A DNA stretch of 64,000 bases from Octopus vulgaris (lineage: Eukaryota), in assembly GCA_951406725.2 (NCBI GenBank), contig OX597817.1, positions 125,674,001 through 125,738,000 of the forward strand, in the 5' to 3' direction. Below, piece by piece: positions 1 to 11,494 of the stretch. The notes beneath the pieces were generated by a model. That model made no database searches and was not told the DNA's origin. It was given only the letters and a program-made list of their open reading frames with translations. Made by a program: the position numbers and the translations under genes. How positions within the stretch are numbered: the first letter of the stretch is position 1; each line of letters opens with the position of its first letter.

Positions 1-2915
1 CTGGGACACCTGACAGGAAGAGATCCAGTTTTATTTTAAAGACATCTGCATCCACCCCATGCAGGTCTCTCAGGTTCTTCGGGAGGATATTGAAGAGCTG
101 TGGGCCTCGGAAGCCCAGGCTATCACAGTATCTTGTCCTACATCTTGATGGCAAATTTGGAGTCCTTGGCACCATGCAGTGGCGCCCAGTTCTAGCATTT
201 GTGTAACTCTCGATGCCAAAGTTTGGGATAAGTCCTTCTAGGATCTTCCAGATGTATATGATGGCATATCTTTCTCGCCTACGCTCTAAGGAATAGAGTC
301 TTAATCTCTTGAGTCTTTCCCAGTAGCTTATATGCTGCACAGAGGCTATCTTCTTTGTGTAGCTTCGTTGGATCGCCTCAAGTTCTGTGATTAACTTGAC
401 ACTGGATGGTGACCATAGCTGAGAGCAATAGTCAAAGTGGCTTAGGACAAGAGTCCTCCAGAGGACCATCATGGTTTCCTGGTCTCTTGTTCTAAAGGTT
501 CTAAGAATCTATCCAGTCAGCCGTCTACATTTCATTGCCAATTTAGCAACATGCACACGAAAGGTTGCATCATCACTCATGTAAATACCCAGGTCGCGCA
601 CTGATTGTGCCTCTAGGATTGCAATCCCTCCAGGTCCAGTGTATTTATTGGGTGTTGCATTTAGTTTTGCATGCTGATATCATAAAGCTTGAAACTTTTC
701 AGCATTGAACTGCATGCTATTCTTTCCAGCCCACTTGTATATTTTGTCCAGCTCACATTGCAGGTGCTTAGTGTCTTCAGGGTTCTGTATTGTCTGTGAA
801 ACTTTTGTATCATCTGCATAACTTGTGATCGTGGCTCTCTGCGTGGCTGAGGGCATGTCTGAGAGGTCCATTATGAACAGTAGTGGTCCAAAAACAGTTC
901 CTTGTGGAACACCGCTCACTATTTGCGTGTTAATGGAAGTGGCCCCATTGGCTGCTACCACCTGACTTCTATCCTTCAGAAAGTCATGAAGCCATTCTCC
1001 CAATTTTCCAACTATGCCAAGATCACGCAGTTTGTGACATATCATTCCATGATCGACTTTATCAAAGGCCTTTGCAAAGTCGAGATATATGACTTCCACA
1101 TTTGTGTGGTTGACCAGTCGTTTCAGCACCCAGTCATAGTGTTGTAGGAGCTGAGTTAAGCAGCTTCTTCCTGGTTGGAAACCATGTTGGGTATCAGGCA
1201 GCAAGTCATTTTCTTCAAGGAAGGTGATTAGTTTCCTTCTGACTATTCTTTCCATGACCTTGCTGATTTGTGAGGTCTGAGAGATAAGTCTGTAGTACTT
1301 GGCCTCCGCTCTGCTACCTCCTTTATGATTAAGGCATATTTTACCTTCCTTCAGTTTTCTTGGAAGTTTGCCAGTTGCAAGGAAGCTCTGAAAGAAGAAC
1401 TGCAGTGGTTTTGCTAGGACTCTCATACAGCCCTTTAGAAGGATTGCCGGGAATCCATCGGGGCCAGTAGCTGAGTTTGTATTCATTTCATCTATAGCCT
1501 TTATTACATCGTCTTCCTTTATATTGATGTAATCAATCATCGCTGCCTCTGATTTTATATCTGCAGTGGTAAACATGTCAGTTGGATTGCTGACTTGAAA
1601 ATGCCCTAGGGGTGGAGTGAAAATACTCTTGAATTGCTCATTTAGTATTTCCCTTATCCTCATTGGATTTCCTGTGAGTGTGCCATCCTTTTCAAGGAGT
1701 CGCCCTATCCTACAGTGCACCGTAGCTGTTTCTGTTGCATACCTGTAGAAAGCTCTGGGGTTAGATTTTATGTTGTCTATAGCCCAGGCTTCTTTGTCTG
1801 CTCTTTCTTTTTCATGGGAGAGTTGCAGACATTTTTCAATTTCCAACAGTTTTATGTTCAGGCGGGACTTTTCACTGCTTTCAAATTGTTTGTTTAGGCG
1901 ATTTGAAACTTTTGTACGCCGTCTCATTAGAATTTTCCTCTCTCTGGGGATTTTGTTCTTGTGTACAGTGGCCTTTCTCTCTGGGACACATTTGTAGCAT
2001 ATGGCTTGCATTACAGACATGAATTGTTGAAGCTTCATGTCGATGTCTGGCGTGGAGAGACATTCAGGCCAGTTTTGTTTGAGGATCTCTTTCTCAATTT
2101 GTTTCCAGTTTGCCTTATGGAAGTTCAAGCTGGAAAGATTCTGAGAGTTTCTTGTAGGCTGCATGTCCATGTTTTCCTTTGGCCCGTACATGGTCAGCTC
2201 TACCATGTTGTGATCCGAGAGTAGTGTCGGTGTCACTTTCACATTATGGATGAGATCCATATTATTTGTGAAGCAGAGATCCAGTATGTTACCTGCCCTG
2301 GTTGGTTGGAGTATTACTTGCTCTATGTACAGAGTGTTGATGAGGTTCAGCAGGGACCTCGCCTGTCCTCGTCCGCATCGTGTCATTCCTGGGAGAGAAA
2401 GCCCTCGGGCCATCTGATATTGGGTAGATTGAAGTCTCCCATAAGAAGTACACTTATGTGTTGTTCTAATGTGACTAGAAATTCTTCTATTTTTATAAGG
2501 CAGTCTTCATGGCTTGGGGTATCTGGAGGGCGATATGTAGCACATATAACTACACCAAGTTGCTTATATGTACAATTAGTGTGTCACACACCGAATTTGA
2601 GTATGACAAAAGAACCTGGGGTGTGAGGTCCTCGCGGATGTACATAGCAACTCCTCCATGACTCCTTTCTTTTCTGTCGGACCGTAGTACAACATACTGT
2701 AATATGTGTATTTCCGCATCTGCTATGTCCAGTTTCAGGTGTGTTTCCGTCCGTGCTATGCATAAGGCTTGATTGCATGCAACAAAGTCTCTCAAGAACG
2801 GGATTTTTGTCCTGTTACTGAGTGTTAGCAGTCCTCTGATGTTCAGTGGGAGCATCGAGATGATGTGTATGCTGTTGCCGGTGGTGTACACCTTGGGTCT
2901 ATTTGCTGTGGCGGT
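1..2915 (-). mobile_element. CR1-clade LINE, ORF2 (APE endonuclease + reverse transcriptase), a few disruptions, runs off the window's left edge
   Basis: APE motifs LNIRGL, TETHL, RSDRKERSHGGVAMYIR, YRPP and MGDFNLPNI at about 2420-2850. RT motifs ATGPDGF, QHGFQPGRSC, YLDFAKAFDKVDH, SGVPQGTVFGPLLF and YADDTK. The reading frame continues past the stop at 680-682 into a CR1-type C-terminus (RDLGI, DYCSQLWSP, LYSLERRRER). Confidence 0.92.
680..2413 (-). pseudogene. Reverse transcriptase portion of the CR1-type ORF2 (577-aa open stretch between disruptions)
   Basis: ORF track plus the RT motifs above. Separated from the upstream APE segment by frameshift/stop, with a premature TGA at 680-682. 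Confidence 0.88.
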
Positions 2916-2959
2916 CTTATATATATATATATAAGAGAACAAAGTGTACGTATGTCGCT

Positions 2960-3137
2960 ATATATAGATATATAAAATAAAATACAAAATGGGACAAGAA
3001 CGCAAAACATCCAAATTACTAGCTGATACTAAAAGGGACAACAAAACATCCAGATAGACGATGTAAGGCTTCATTTCCATATATGCCAGCTGAATTCAAT
3101 TCGTCCCCAGTCGAAAGACACCTGTTGTTATGTCCTG

Positions 3138-3214
<77 letters not shown>

Positions 3215-3535
3215 GTTGTTTTTTTATTGTATTTTTGTATTTGTATTCGTGTAACACCGTCTGTTTTTCCGTCCTTGTTTCGTATACATTCGATGCTTTT
3301 TTCCAAGGAATCTAATGTTCTTAGCTTAGTTTTTCCTTGGAGCTGGCCAGGTTGCAGCAATCTCAAGGTTAATCAGCCGAAATTGCGAGGATGATCTGGT
3401 TCTTCACTGAAGATAAAAGGCTTCGAATACAAATACGTCCGTGTTTTTCTGTATCGTCTATCTGGATGTTTTGTTGTCCCTTTTTGTATCACCTAGTTGT
3501 CCGGATGTTTTGCTTTCTTGTCCCATTTTGTATTT

Positions 3536-3545
<10 letters not shown>
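2960..3545 (+). mobile_element. Diverged copy of the 3563-4725 repeat family (about 3215-3545) plus an inverted partial tail copy (about 2975-3063)
   Basis: 3290-3430 aligns to the reverse complement of 3650-3790. 2975-3063 is the reverse complement of about 3453-3538. Flanked by (TA)n with a (TTA)n tract inside. Confidence 0.7.
3347..3413 (+). ncRNA. Degenerate non-circularly permuted hammerhead ribozyme
   Basis: gcaa-TC-tcaagg (3357-3368), ccGAAAttgc (3377-3386), tcttca-CTGAAGA (3401-3413). One stem I mismatch. Confidence 0.5.
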
Positions 3546-3576
<31 letters not shown>

Positions 3577-3660
3577 GTAAAAAATAAATACAGACATGGA
3601 CAAGAACATGAAACCCCAAAGAGACGACACAAGAACCACAGGATGGGACATTCGAAGCCT

Positions 3661-3731
3661 TCAGTCATCAGTCAAGAACCAGATCATCTTCGCAATTTCG
3701 GCTGATTAATCTTGAGATTGCTCCGATCTGG
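3661..3731 (-). ncRNA. Candidate non-circularly permuted (pseudoknotted) hammerhead ribozyme, copy 1
   Basis: Minus strand reads ccagatc-gga-gcaaTC-tcaaga-ttaa-tcag-cc-GAAA-ttgc-gaagat-gatctgg-t-tcttga-CTGATGA-ctga. Complementary pairs are gcaa/ttgc, tcaaga/tcttga and ccagatc/gatctgg. Confidence 0.65.
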
Positions 3732-4433
3732 GCAGCCCCCAAGGGAAATCTAAGCCAAGCGCATTAGATCCCTTGGAAGAAAGCTTCGAATGTATACAAC
3801 ACGAGGATGGAAAACGAACGAAGTACACGAATAAAAATACAGAATACGTGACAACAATAAGGAAAGCACGAATAAGAATACAAAAACGTAAAAACAATAA
3901 CGGTAAGGATAAAAAACAAAACAAAACCAGGACGTAGGACAAGGGTCTTTCGACAGGACGAGTTGAGTTGGGGCTGGCTTATGAAATTGTGCCTAATGGC
4001 CGCGGGAGACGAACAAATACGTGTTGCTTCGACGACTGCTGGAACGAAAAGGGCGCCCATCAGTGGCTAGCGGTCACGTGAGGACAAAAGACAGGAGAAA
4101 GGGACAGATGAAGAGAGAGAGAAGGTGGACGAGCGAGGAGAAGAAATAGACAGATCGAGGGGAGTGGAGGTAAGAGAGATAGAGAGACGTAGAAGGGGGG
4201 AGGGACGGATGGAGAGGGAAAGAAAGAAAGAAGGGAGGAGAGAGAGAGAGAAAGAGACAGATCAAGAGTCGTATCAATGCTAGAGAAAAAATACTTAACG
4301 TATAAGGACAGAATTGTGCATACGTAGCCGCCGATTATATATGTAAACAGTAAAAAATAAATACAGACATGGACAAGAACATGAAACACCAAAGAGACGA
4401 CACAAGAACCACAGGACGGGACATTTGAAGCCC

Positions 4434-4504
4434 TCAGTCATCAGTCAAGAACCAGATCATCTTCGCAATTTCGGCTGATTAATCTTGAGATTGCTCCGAT
4501 CTGG
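4434..4504 (-). ncRNA. Candidate non-circularly permuted hammerhead ribozyme, copy 2
   Basis: Same motif as 3661-3731, displaced by 773 bp. Confidence 0.65.
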
Positions 4505-4828
4505 GCAGCCCCCAAGGGAAATCTAAGCCAAGCGCATTAGATCCCTTGGAAGAAAGCTTCGAATGTATACAACACGAGGACGGAAAACGAACGAAGTACA
4601 CGAATAAAAATACAGAATACGTGACAACAATAAGGAAAGCACGAATAAGAATACAAAAACGTAAAAACAATAACGGTAAGGATAAAAAGCAAAACAAAAC
4701 CAGGACGTAGGACAAGGGTCTTTCGGTGTGTGTATGTATGTGTGTGTGTATACACATACACACGTACACATATTTGTAAAAATTTATAATATATATCTAT
4801 ATCTATCCATCTCACTCTCTCTCTTTCG

Positions 4829-4896
<68 letters not shown>

Positions 4897-4914
4897 GTGT
4901 GTGTGTGTGTGTAG

Positions 4915-5130
4915 TAAATAAAAAAGAACGAAGAAAAAACACAAGAAAGAAACAACAAGGCATGGACGTGGTACATGCAAGATATCAACAGGCGTCCAGG
5001 GAATAAAATAAAGATGGTTTTACGTTTTGATCAAAGCACTTCGTCAGAAACAGGAGACAGAGGAAAGTTCAAAAGTAAAGGAAGAGGGATGAAGAAAATC
5101 GCCAACGATTCACATGTCGCTACATTTTGA
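4915..5130 (-). mobile_element. Short pLTR-like repeat with degenerate minimal type I hammerhead (5017-5051)
   Basis: Minus strand: gttt-CTGACGA-a-gtgctttgatc-AAAA-cg-TA-aaac (GAAA mutated). Homologous to 38201-38405. Confidence 0.6.
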
Positions 5131-5849
5131 AATCGATATATTCATATATATATATATACGATGAATAGCTTCGCGTAAATCATGGTCCGTTTTGTTCTCT
5201 GACCTTATTATCATCTTATAATCATCTCATAATAATGACTTTTATGACTTTTATTTGTTATTCTTTTATTTAATTCAGTTATTTGACTGTGGCCATGCTG
5301 GATCACCGCCTTTTGTCGAGCAAATCGACCCCAGGTGTTATTCTTCGTACGCCAAGTAGTACATTATTTGTGGCTGAGTATGAAATGTTAACATTTTGTC
5401 TGTTAAATATGCTGCTATATTTGCTTGAAGAGGAAAGTAGTTCTCCAGAATCATGGGAAATTTATATTAATGGCGCAGGTATGACTGTGGTTAAAATGAC
5501 CGCTTTCAAACCAGCTGGTTTTGGCATTGCTCCCATTAGATGCGGATTGTCCTATTGTCCTCAGCTGTAGACCCAGACGTACAAAAGACATGTGAGTAAA
5601 TATTGTAAACAGAAACTGAAAGTAGCCCACAGAGCACAGATAAATAAATAACCAAATAGACAAACATGCAGACAAACAGATATAGAGACAGACAGATATA
5701 TAGATGATAGATAAAGATACATAGATAATTTATAAATGTGTTATTTTCTCTACATTTGTTTACATTTGCATTCTATGATTACTATTACATGCAACGTTGT
5801 AGGTTTTACTTATACCGTTATAAACGTTTCTCCTAGCTTCAAAGTTTTC

Positions 5850-6590
5850 TACATTGAAAAGAAAATGACAACGCTTTTCAAAAGAAGATTTGTTTTTTCT
5901 AGCCCCGAGCTGCATAGACTAATAAGGAGAGTACAGGAGGCGGTCGAAAAAGCCAACTTCTATATATGGCTACAGCGGGAAGACCGAAAATGGCTTGAAA
6001 GTCATAAACACGCCGACGGGAAATAACATCATTAGGTGAGACAAGCTGACTGAATCAGCTTCGCTGACCGACAGGTGACGGTCGTTTAGAAAAAGCGCGG
6101 GCTAAAACTACGCGCCTTCACTAGTCAGTTAAAGTGAGACATTGTCACGTGACAGCTTGGTGGGGCTGCCTGCTGGAGTCTATGTGGCAGGTATTTAAAG
6201 GGAGAAATTCGACAAGACAGTCAGTCACCGGCTGACACTCACTGATGATACATAGAAGAGGCCAAGGAACAGAAGAAAGAAGACATTTACCCAACACCAG
6301 AGCTGAAGACACCTCCGAAAGAGGGGGGGGGGCGCCACGTCAAAACGGTAGAGGAGTAGGGGCCGAAACCGGACGTGGTTCCTCCTGATGATGTCTTGAG
6401 CTAACTGGATCCTATAAAGGATCTGTTGTGGTAGCCGACCTCAAAACACGGTTGTAATTCCACGTGCGAAATAAGAGCGTTTGCTTGAAAAAAGCAAGCA
6501 CCTGTGACATGAAATGAATTCGTCTTTAAATCATTGTCTCCGTTATATATTTGTTTAAACTATATACAAATAGATATATACATTATATAT
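5850..6590 (+). mobile_element. Possible 3' end of an RLE-type (HERO/R2-superfamily-like) LINE with a structured downstream region
   Basis: The peptide ELHRLIRRVQEAVEKANFYIWLQREDRKW resembles, from memory, C-termini of HERO-like RLE ORFs. It is followed by a GC-richer non-coding region containing an HHR-like motif. Confidence 0.45.
6335..6402 (+). ncRNA. Candidate non-circularly permuted hammerhead ribozyme, unrelated sequence family
   Basis: ccacgtc-aaaa-cggTA-gaggag-taggggcc-GAAA-ccg-gacgtgg-ttcctc-CTGATGA-tgtcttgagct. Pairs are cgg/ccg, gaggag/ttcctc and ccacgtc/gacgtgg, with an outer stem 6301-6311/6392-6402. Confidence 0.65.
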
Positions 6591-6607
6591 ATTGGGTACC
6601 CATTGTA

Positions 6608-6830
6608 GAGGCGCAATGGCCTAGTGGTTAGGGCAGCGGACTCGCGGTCGCAGGATCGCGGTTTCGATTCTCAGACCGGGCGTTGTGTGTGTTTATTGAG
6701 CGAAAACACCTAAAAGCTCTACGAGGCTCCGGCAGGGGGTGGTGATCCCTGCTGTACTCTTTCACCACAATGGCGGTGCCCCAGCATGGCCACAGCTCAA
6801 GAGCTGAAACTGGAAAAACAAACAAAACAA
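6608..6830 (+). mobile_element. tRNA-derived SINE family A (internally deleted copy)
   Basis: A-box-like tggcctagtgg and B-box-like gtttcgattc. Homologous to 7172-7512. Confidence 0.8.
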
Positions 6831-6899
6831 AATACATATATATACATATCTATCATCTATCTATATATGTATATACATGTACATATAACATATTTACAC

Positions 6900-6951
<52 letters not shown>

Positions 6952-7171
6952 ACATATAAATCTCTCTCTCTCTATATATACATCTAAACGTAGACATGGA
7001 TACGTTTACTTCTATATCTATACGTAAATAAATATATATATATAGATATACATATATATAGACATATACATCTCTCTCTATATATATCTGTATATATATA
7101 CATATATAGATACTTATGTGCAGATGTATATACACATAAATAGATGCATATATATATATATGTACATATGT

Positions 7172-7512
7172 GGAGGCGCAATGGCCCAGTGGTTAGGGCA
7201 GCGGACTCGCGGTCATAGGATCACGGTTTCGATTCCCAGACCGGGCGTTGTGAGTGTTTATTGAGCGAAAACACCTAAAGCTCTTTCACCAAACTTTCTC
7301 TCACTCTTACGTCCTGTTTCTGTTGTACCTGTATTTCAAAGGGCCGGCCTTGTCACTCTCTGTGACACGCTGAATATCCCCGAGAACTGCGTTAAGGGTA
7401 CACGTGTCTGTAGAGTGCTCAGCCACTTACACGCTAATTTCACGAGCAGACTGTTCCGTTGATTCAGATCAACCGGAACCTTCGTCGTCGTAACCGACGG
7501 AGTGATTCCATC
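7172..7512 (+). mobile_element. tRNA-derived SINE family A
   Basis: Head ggaggcgcaatggcccagtggttagggcagcggactcgcggtc...gtttcgattccc; body shared with the 6608 copy. Confidence 0.82.
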
Positions 7513-7659
7513 CACACATGTACATATTCATATATACATGCATATATATACGCACATAATATATATATAAATATTTATATATGTATACATGTGAAATATA
7601 TATGTGATATATTTTCACTTTAATAGCTTCAGGATTAATAATGAAAATATTAAACTGAA

Positions 7660-7913
7660 AATATCTCACACTACAATAGAGATATATTATTGTGTCACTT
7701 TTGACGTGTAATTCTGAAATAGTGTAAGAGAGAATAGGTTGCCTGGGGCTCGTATTTTACAAGAAGTTGAAAATGATTTTTGGCCCATAATACTGCGTCT
7801 GTAAAATTTGAATGAAATCATTTGGGTTGTTGTTGAGTCTTAGGTCTTCAGACAGATAGACACACACACTCACACATTTAGAAAGTCACACATTCACAGT
7901 TTTATATATTAAG

Positions 7914-7915
<2 letters not shown>
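7660..7915 (+). mobile_element. Possible Helentron-associated (HINE/DINE-like) non-autonomous relic
   Basis: Ends with aaatttgaatgaaatc...acagatagac(ac)n...ttttatatattaagat, an architecture resembling DINE/HINE 3' ends. Resemblance only. Confidence 0.3.
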
Positions 7916-7919
<4 letters not shown>

Positions 7920-7948
<29 letters not shown>

Positions 7949-7964
7949 TAATAATAATAATAAT

Positions 7965-8056
<92 letters not shown>

Positions 8057-8070
8057 TAATAATAATAATT
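7920..8070. repeat. (AAT)n microsatellite, representative of dozens of (TA)n, (TAA)n, (TG)n, (TCTA)n, (TATG)n and (TTC)n tracts in the window
   Basis: Seen directly. Confidence 0.98.
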
Positions 8071-8224
8071 GCTATGAAGCATTGTGTAGAATATATTGTA
8101 TAAACGATCGTTGGTAAGGCCAGAACAATGCAAAATAATTGCAAGGCAAATCTTAAGAAAACAAATATATGAATTAATGTTGTCTTACCTTGCATTCAAT
8201 ATTTCTGGGTTATGACCTCATTTT

Positions 8225-9050
8225 CAAGAAACTGATGATTATTGCCGATTTGCGTGTGTGAGCGTGTGTGAAATGGCTATGCGCGGAAAGGTACTGTTAT
8301 AGCAAGCAGCTAGCTTCCTGTAAATCTCTTCGGTTTTTGATATTTGGTTTTCTTTGGTGTATGAAGATGGCTTCAGAGATTCTTAGGTTGCCCCTGTTCC
8401 GCTCTGTTGCCCTGATGTGCCCTGTAAATTCCTGTGTCTGACGTTTCCGTAGATGTTTCTCTACGGAAGCCTCTGACTGCATGTATTCCCTTATGCATAT
8501 ATGCAATTTTCTTGCTGTGCTTACTATGTAAGATGCGCCATATTTTCCATAGATGATCTCGTATACAACATAGGTCCTCTGGCACAATTCATGGTCATTA
8601 ATGGGGCAATTCGATAATGTGCACTCCTCGGAGTAGTGAGAGATGTCGTTCTTTGACAGAGCTTTACTCATGGAAGGGCCGGTGTGCACTATCTGTATGT
8701 TGAGTCCTTCTCTGCGAACTGCATGTTGTATATATCGTTGTAGTAGTTCTGGCGTCAAAATGTGGTAGCTTTAGGATATACGTACCGGACTTGGAAGTAT
8801 GATGGTTCTTCCGAGGTTTATTGACACTGATATTTTATAGGCGCCGTTGTTTGGCTAAATATATTGGGTACCCATTCAGGGTTAGGCCTCTGAGGAACTG
8901 TTTGGTGTTGAAGGCTTTGTCGGTTACTTCGCTGCCGTTGTTGCTTATACGTACAATCTCGTTTCTTACGTATGGGCTCTGGTAGCAGAAAACTTTTCGT
9001 CCACTACCAATCAGACTTACCCACCAGATGTACTGGAGCAAATCAGTCGA
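8225..9050 (-). mobile_element. Penelope-like element relic: RT thumb + GIY-YIG endonuclease
   Basis: CTLSNCPI...VVYEI..GKYGASYIVSTARKLHICIRE...KHL...LRISEAIFIHQRKPNI is a degenerate GIY-YIG domain. Upstream YVRNEIVRI...LTLNGYP is a typical PLE thumb motif. Confidence 0.85.
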
Positions 9051-9343
9051 CGCGTTGACTGAATAATATATAAAGCTATAGCTTTAATAAGTTCGTTCAG
9101 AGTTGCCTCTGTTAGGTAGATCTCATTGACAAGTGTAAAAAATAACCTCGAAACATCGATGTAAGAGACTCCCGAGAGATGGCGACACTGAACGAACTGT
9201 GTTTTCACACCTTTTTATCATAAGAGAGATTTTCCTCCACAGTGACTGCAGTGTATTTGCCTTTAGCAGTTGAAATATGTGACAAACATATTTCAACTAA
9301 CCTAAATTCTCCTCATACCTAAACACTGCTTTACGCCTATGCT

Positions 9344-9426
<83 letters not shown>

Positions 9427-9477
9427 TACACACACATACACACACAAACTTATTCCATCATAATCACCATCATATTA

Positions 9478-9895
9478 GGTGCAGGAGTGGCTGTTTGGTA
9501 AGTAGCTTGCTTACCAACCACATGGTTCTGGGTTCAGTCCCACTGCGTAGCACCTTGGGTAAGTGTCTTCTACTAAAGCCTCGGGCCGACCAAAGCCTTG
9601 TGAGTGAATTTGGCAGGCGGAAACTGAAAGAAGCCCTCGTATATATATATATGTGCGTATGTGTGTGTGTGTATATATGTATATGCATGTGTTTCTGTGT
9701 TTATCCCCCAACATCGCTTGACAACCGATGCTGGTGTGTTTACGTCCCCGTCACTTAGCAGTTCGGCAAAAGAGACCGATAGAAGAAGTACTAGGCTTAC
9801 AAAGAATTAGTCCTGGGGTCGATTTGCTCGATTAGAGGCGGTGCTCCAGCATGGCCACAGTTAAATAACTGAAACAAATAAAAGAATAAAAGAAA
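9478..9895 (+). mobile_element. tRNA-derived SINE family B with internal microsatellite
   Basis: tggctgtttggtaag head, ggttcagtccc B-box-like motif, tail ctccagcatggcc...gaataaaag. Multiple copies in the window. Confidence 0.85.
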
Positions 9896-10231
9896 GAAAA
9901 AATCGTCGTTGTTGTTTGCCATAGTTTTCCATGAAGACATGGGTTGGACTAGACTTATACGCAATATTTTACAGCTGGATGTCTATTTTGATATTTACCC
10001 TGAACTATTTTCAAACAATGCACTTTATTCCAAGATATAGAAATACGCTAGCATCTGAGCTATTAGGCATTTGATTTTCGAGGGGCACTATCAACATTAC
10101 CGAATGTTAAAAACTGTCAAAGCGAAAACAAATCCTAAGAAGTATGCATATATTTGTATACTCAAGGCACACGTACAGATGTATTGTGCCTGTGCGTCTG
10201 CTTATGCATAGGTAAATATCTCTCTGCCTAT

Positions 10232-10352
<121 letters not shown>

Positions 10353-10569
10353 TGTGTGTGTATCTATATATGAGATCATTAAAATAAAATATCCGATTTT
10401 CTTATGCACCAAGTTTGACAGTCGGTAACTCGAATATTTTATCCTGACAATTCTTTGTTTCACAACATTGAAGAGTTACATCATCACTTTTCGAAATGCA
10501 ATCCATGGTTTCTGATTATTTGGAGAGTCTTCTCTTGTAAATTATTTTTTGCAAAATCATGGATAGATC

Positions 10570-11299
10570 AGAAATTCATGTTGTTTATGAATATAAGTTT
10601 CGTCGTAGAACCTGTGCATCCCAGACAACTCGAAACATCAATGAAGTGTTTAGTGAAGATGTGGCAGATGATCACACTGTACGTCGAGGATTTGTGAAAT
10701 GAATGAGCATCAAATGACATATCGTCTTGAAACATGCTGCTCTTTGCTGTCATGGTAAAAAAGTGAACCATTTTTGCATCGTTTTGTTACGTATGACGAA
10801 AACTGTATTCGTTTCAACAATAGCAAGCGTTCTGAACAGTGGTTAGATAAAAACGAAGTGCCAAAACACATTCTAAAAAAGAATATTCACAAAAAAAGCT
10901 ATAGTATTTTGTGGTCCATTGCTTGTGATCTGCACTCGAGCTTCATGAAACCTAGTAAGTCAATTATAGCGGATGTATACATCAACCAAATGCAAGAAAT
11001 CATGAGTGAACTTACAATTTGACAACCGAGATCAGTCAATTAACTTGCCAAAATATGTTCGACCACATGATGCACAACGAACGCTACTCATGTTACAGGA
11101 ATAGAACTTGGAAGTACTGTCCTTCACCATATTAACCAGATCTTGCACCAATTAACTATCACGTTTGCCAGGCATTAGATAACTTTTAGCAAGGAAAAAA
11201 CTTCAAATATGAAGAAAAATGCCATCACCTCTTGCTCTCCAGAATTCCTTGCTGCCGGCATAAATAAGCTACTGATAAACTGGCAAAATTGTGTTGATA

Positions 11300-11305
<6 letters not shown>
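10570..11305 (+). mobile_element. Mariner (DD34D-type) transposase relic
   Basis: HRFVTYDENCIRFNNSKRSEQWLD (first catalytic D), a PY*PDLAPINYH motif near 11125-11165 (compare YSPDLAP), and C-terminal [14 protein letters not shown]. Many stops and frameshifts. Confidence 0.85.
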
Positions 11306-11375
<70 letters not shown>

Positions 11376-11394
11376 TTATATATATATATGTATA

Positions 11395-11430
<36 letters not shown>

Positions 11431-11494
11431 TGTATGTGTGTATGTATGTATGTATGAACGAACGTATGTATGTATATGTATATATGTATATATA

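Larger units (their letters stand above)
3563..4725 (-). mobile_element. Non-autonomous retrozyme-like or Penelope pLTR-like element: 1.5 tandem units of 773 bp
   Basis: 3563-3952 and 4336-4725 are near-identical direct repeats (offset 773), each carrying an HHR-like motif. The internal region is non-coding with a long purine tract on the plus strand. Flanked by (TA)n and (TG)n. Confidence 0.8.

Noticed and set aside
6230-6260. CTGATGA at 6242-6248 as an additional hammerhead
   Set aside because: No matching stem I/III partner or GAAA arrangement found.
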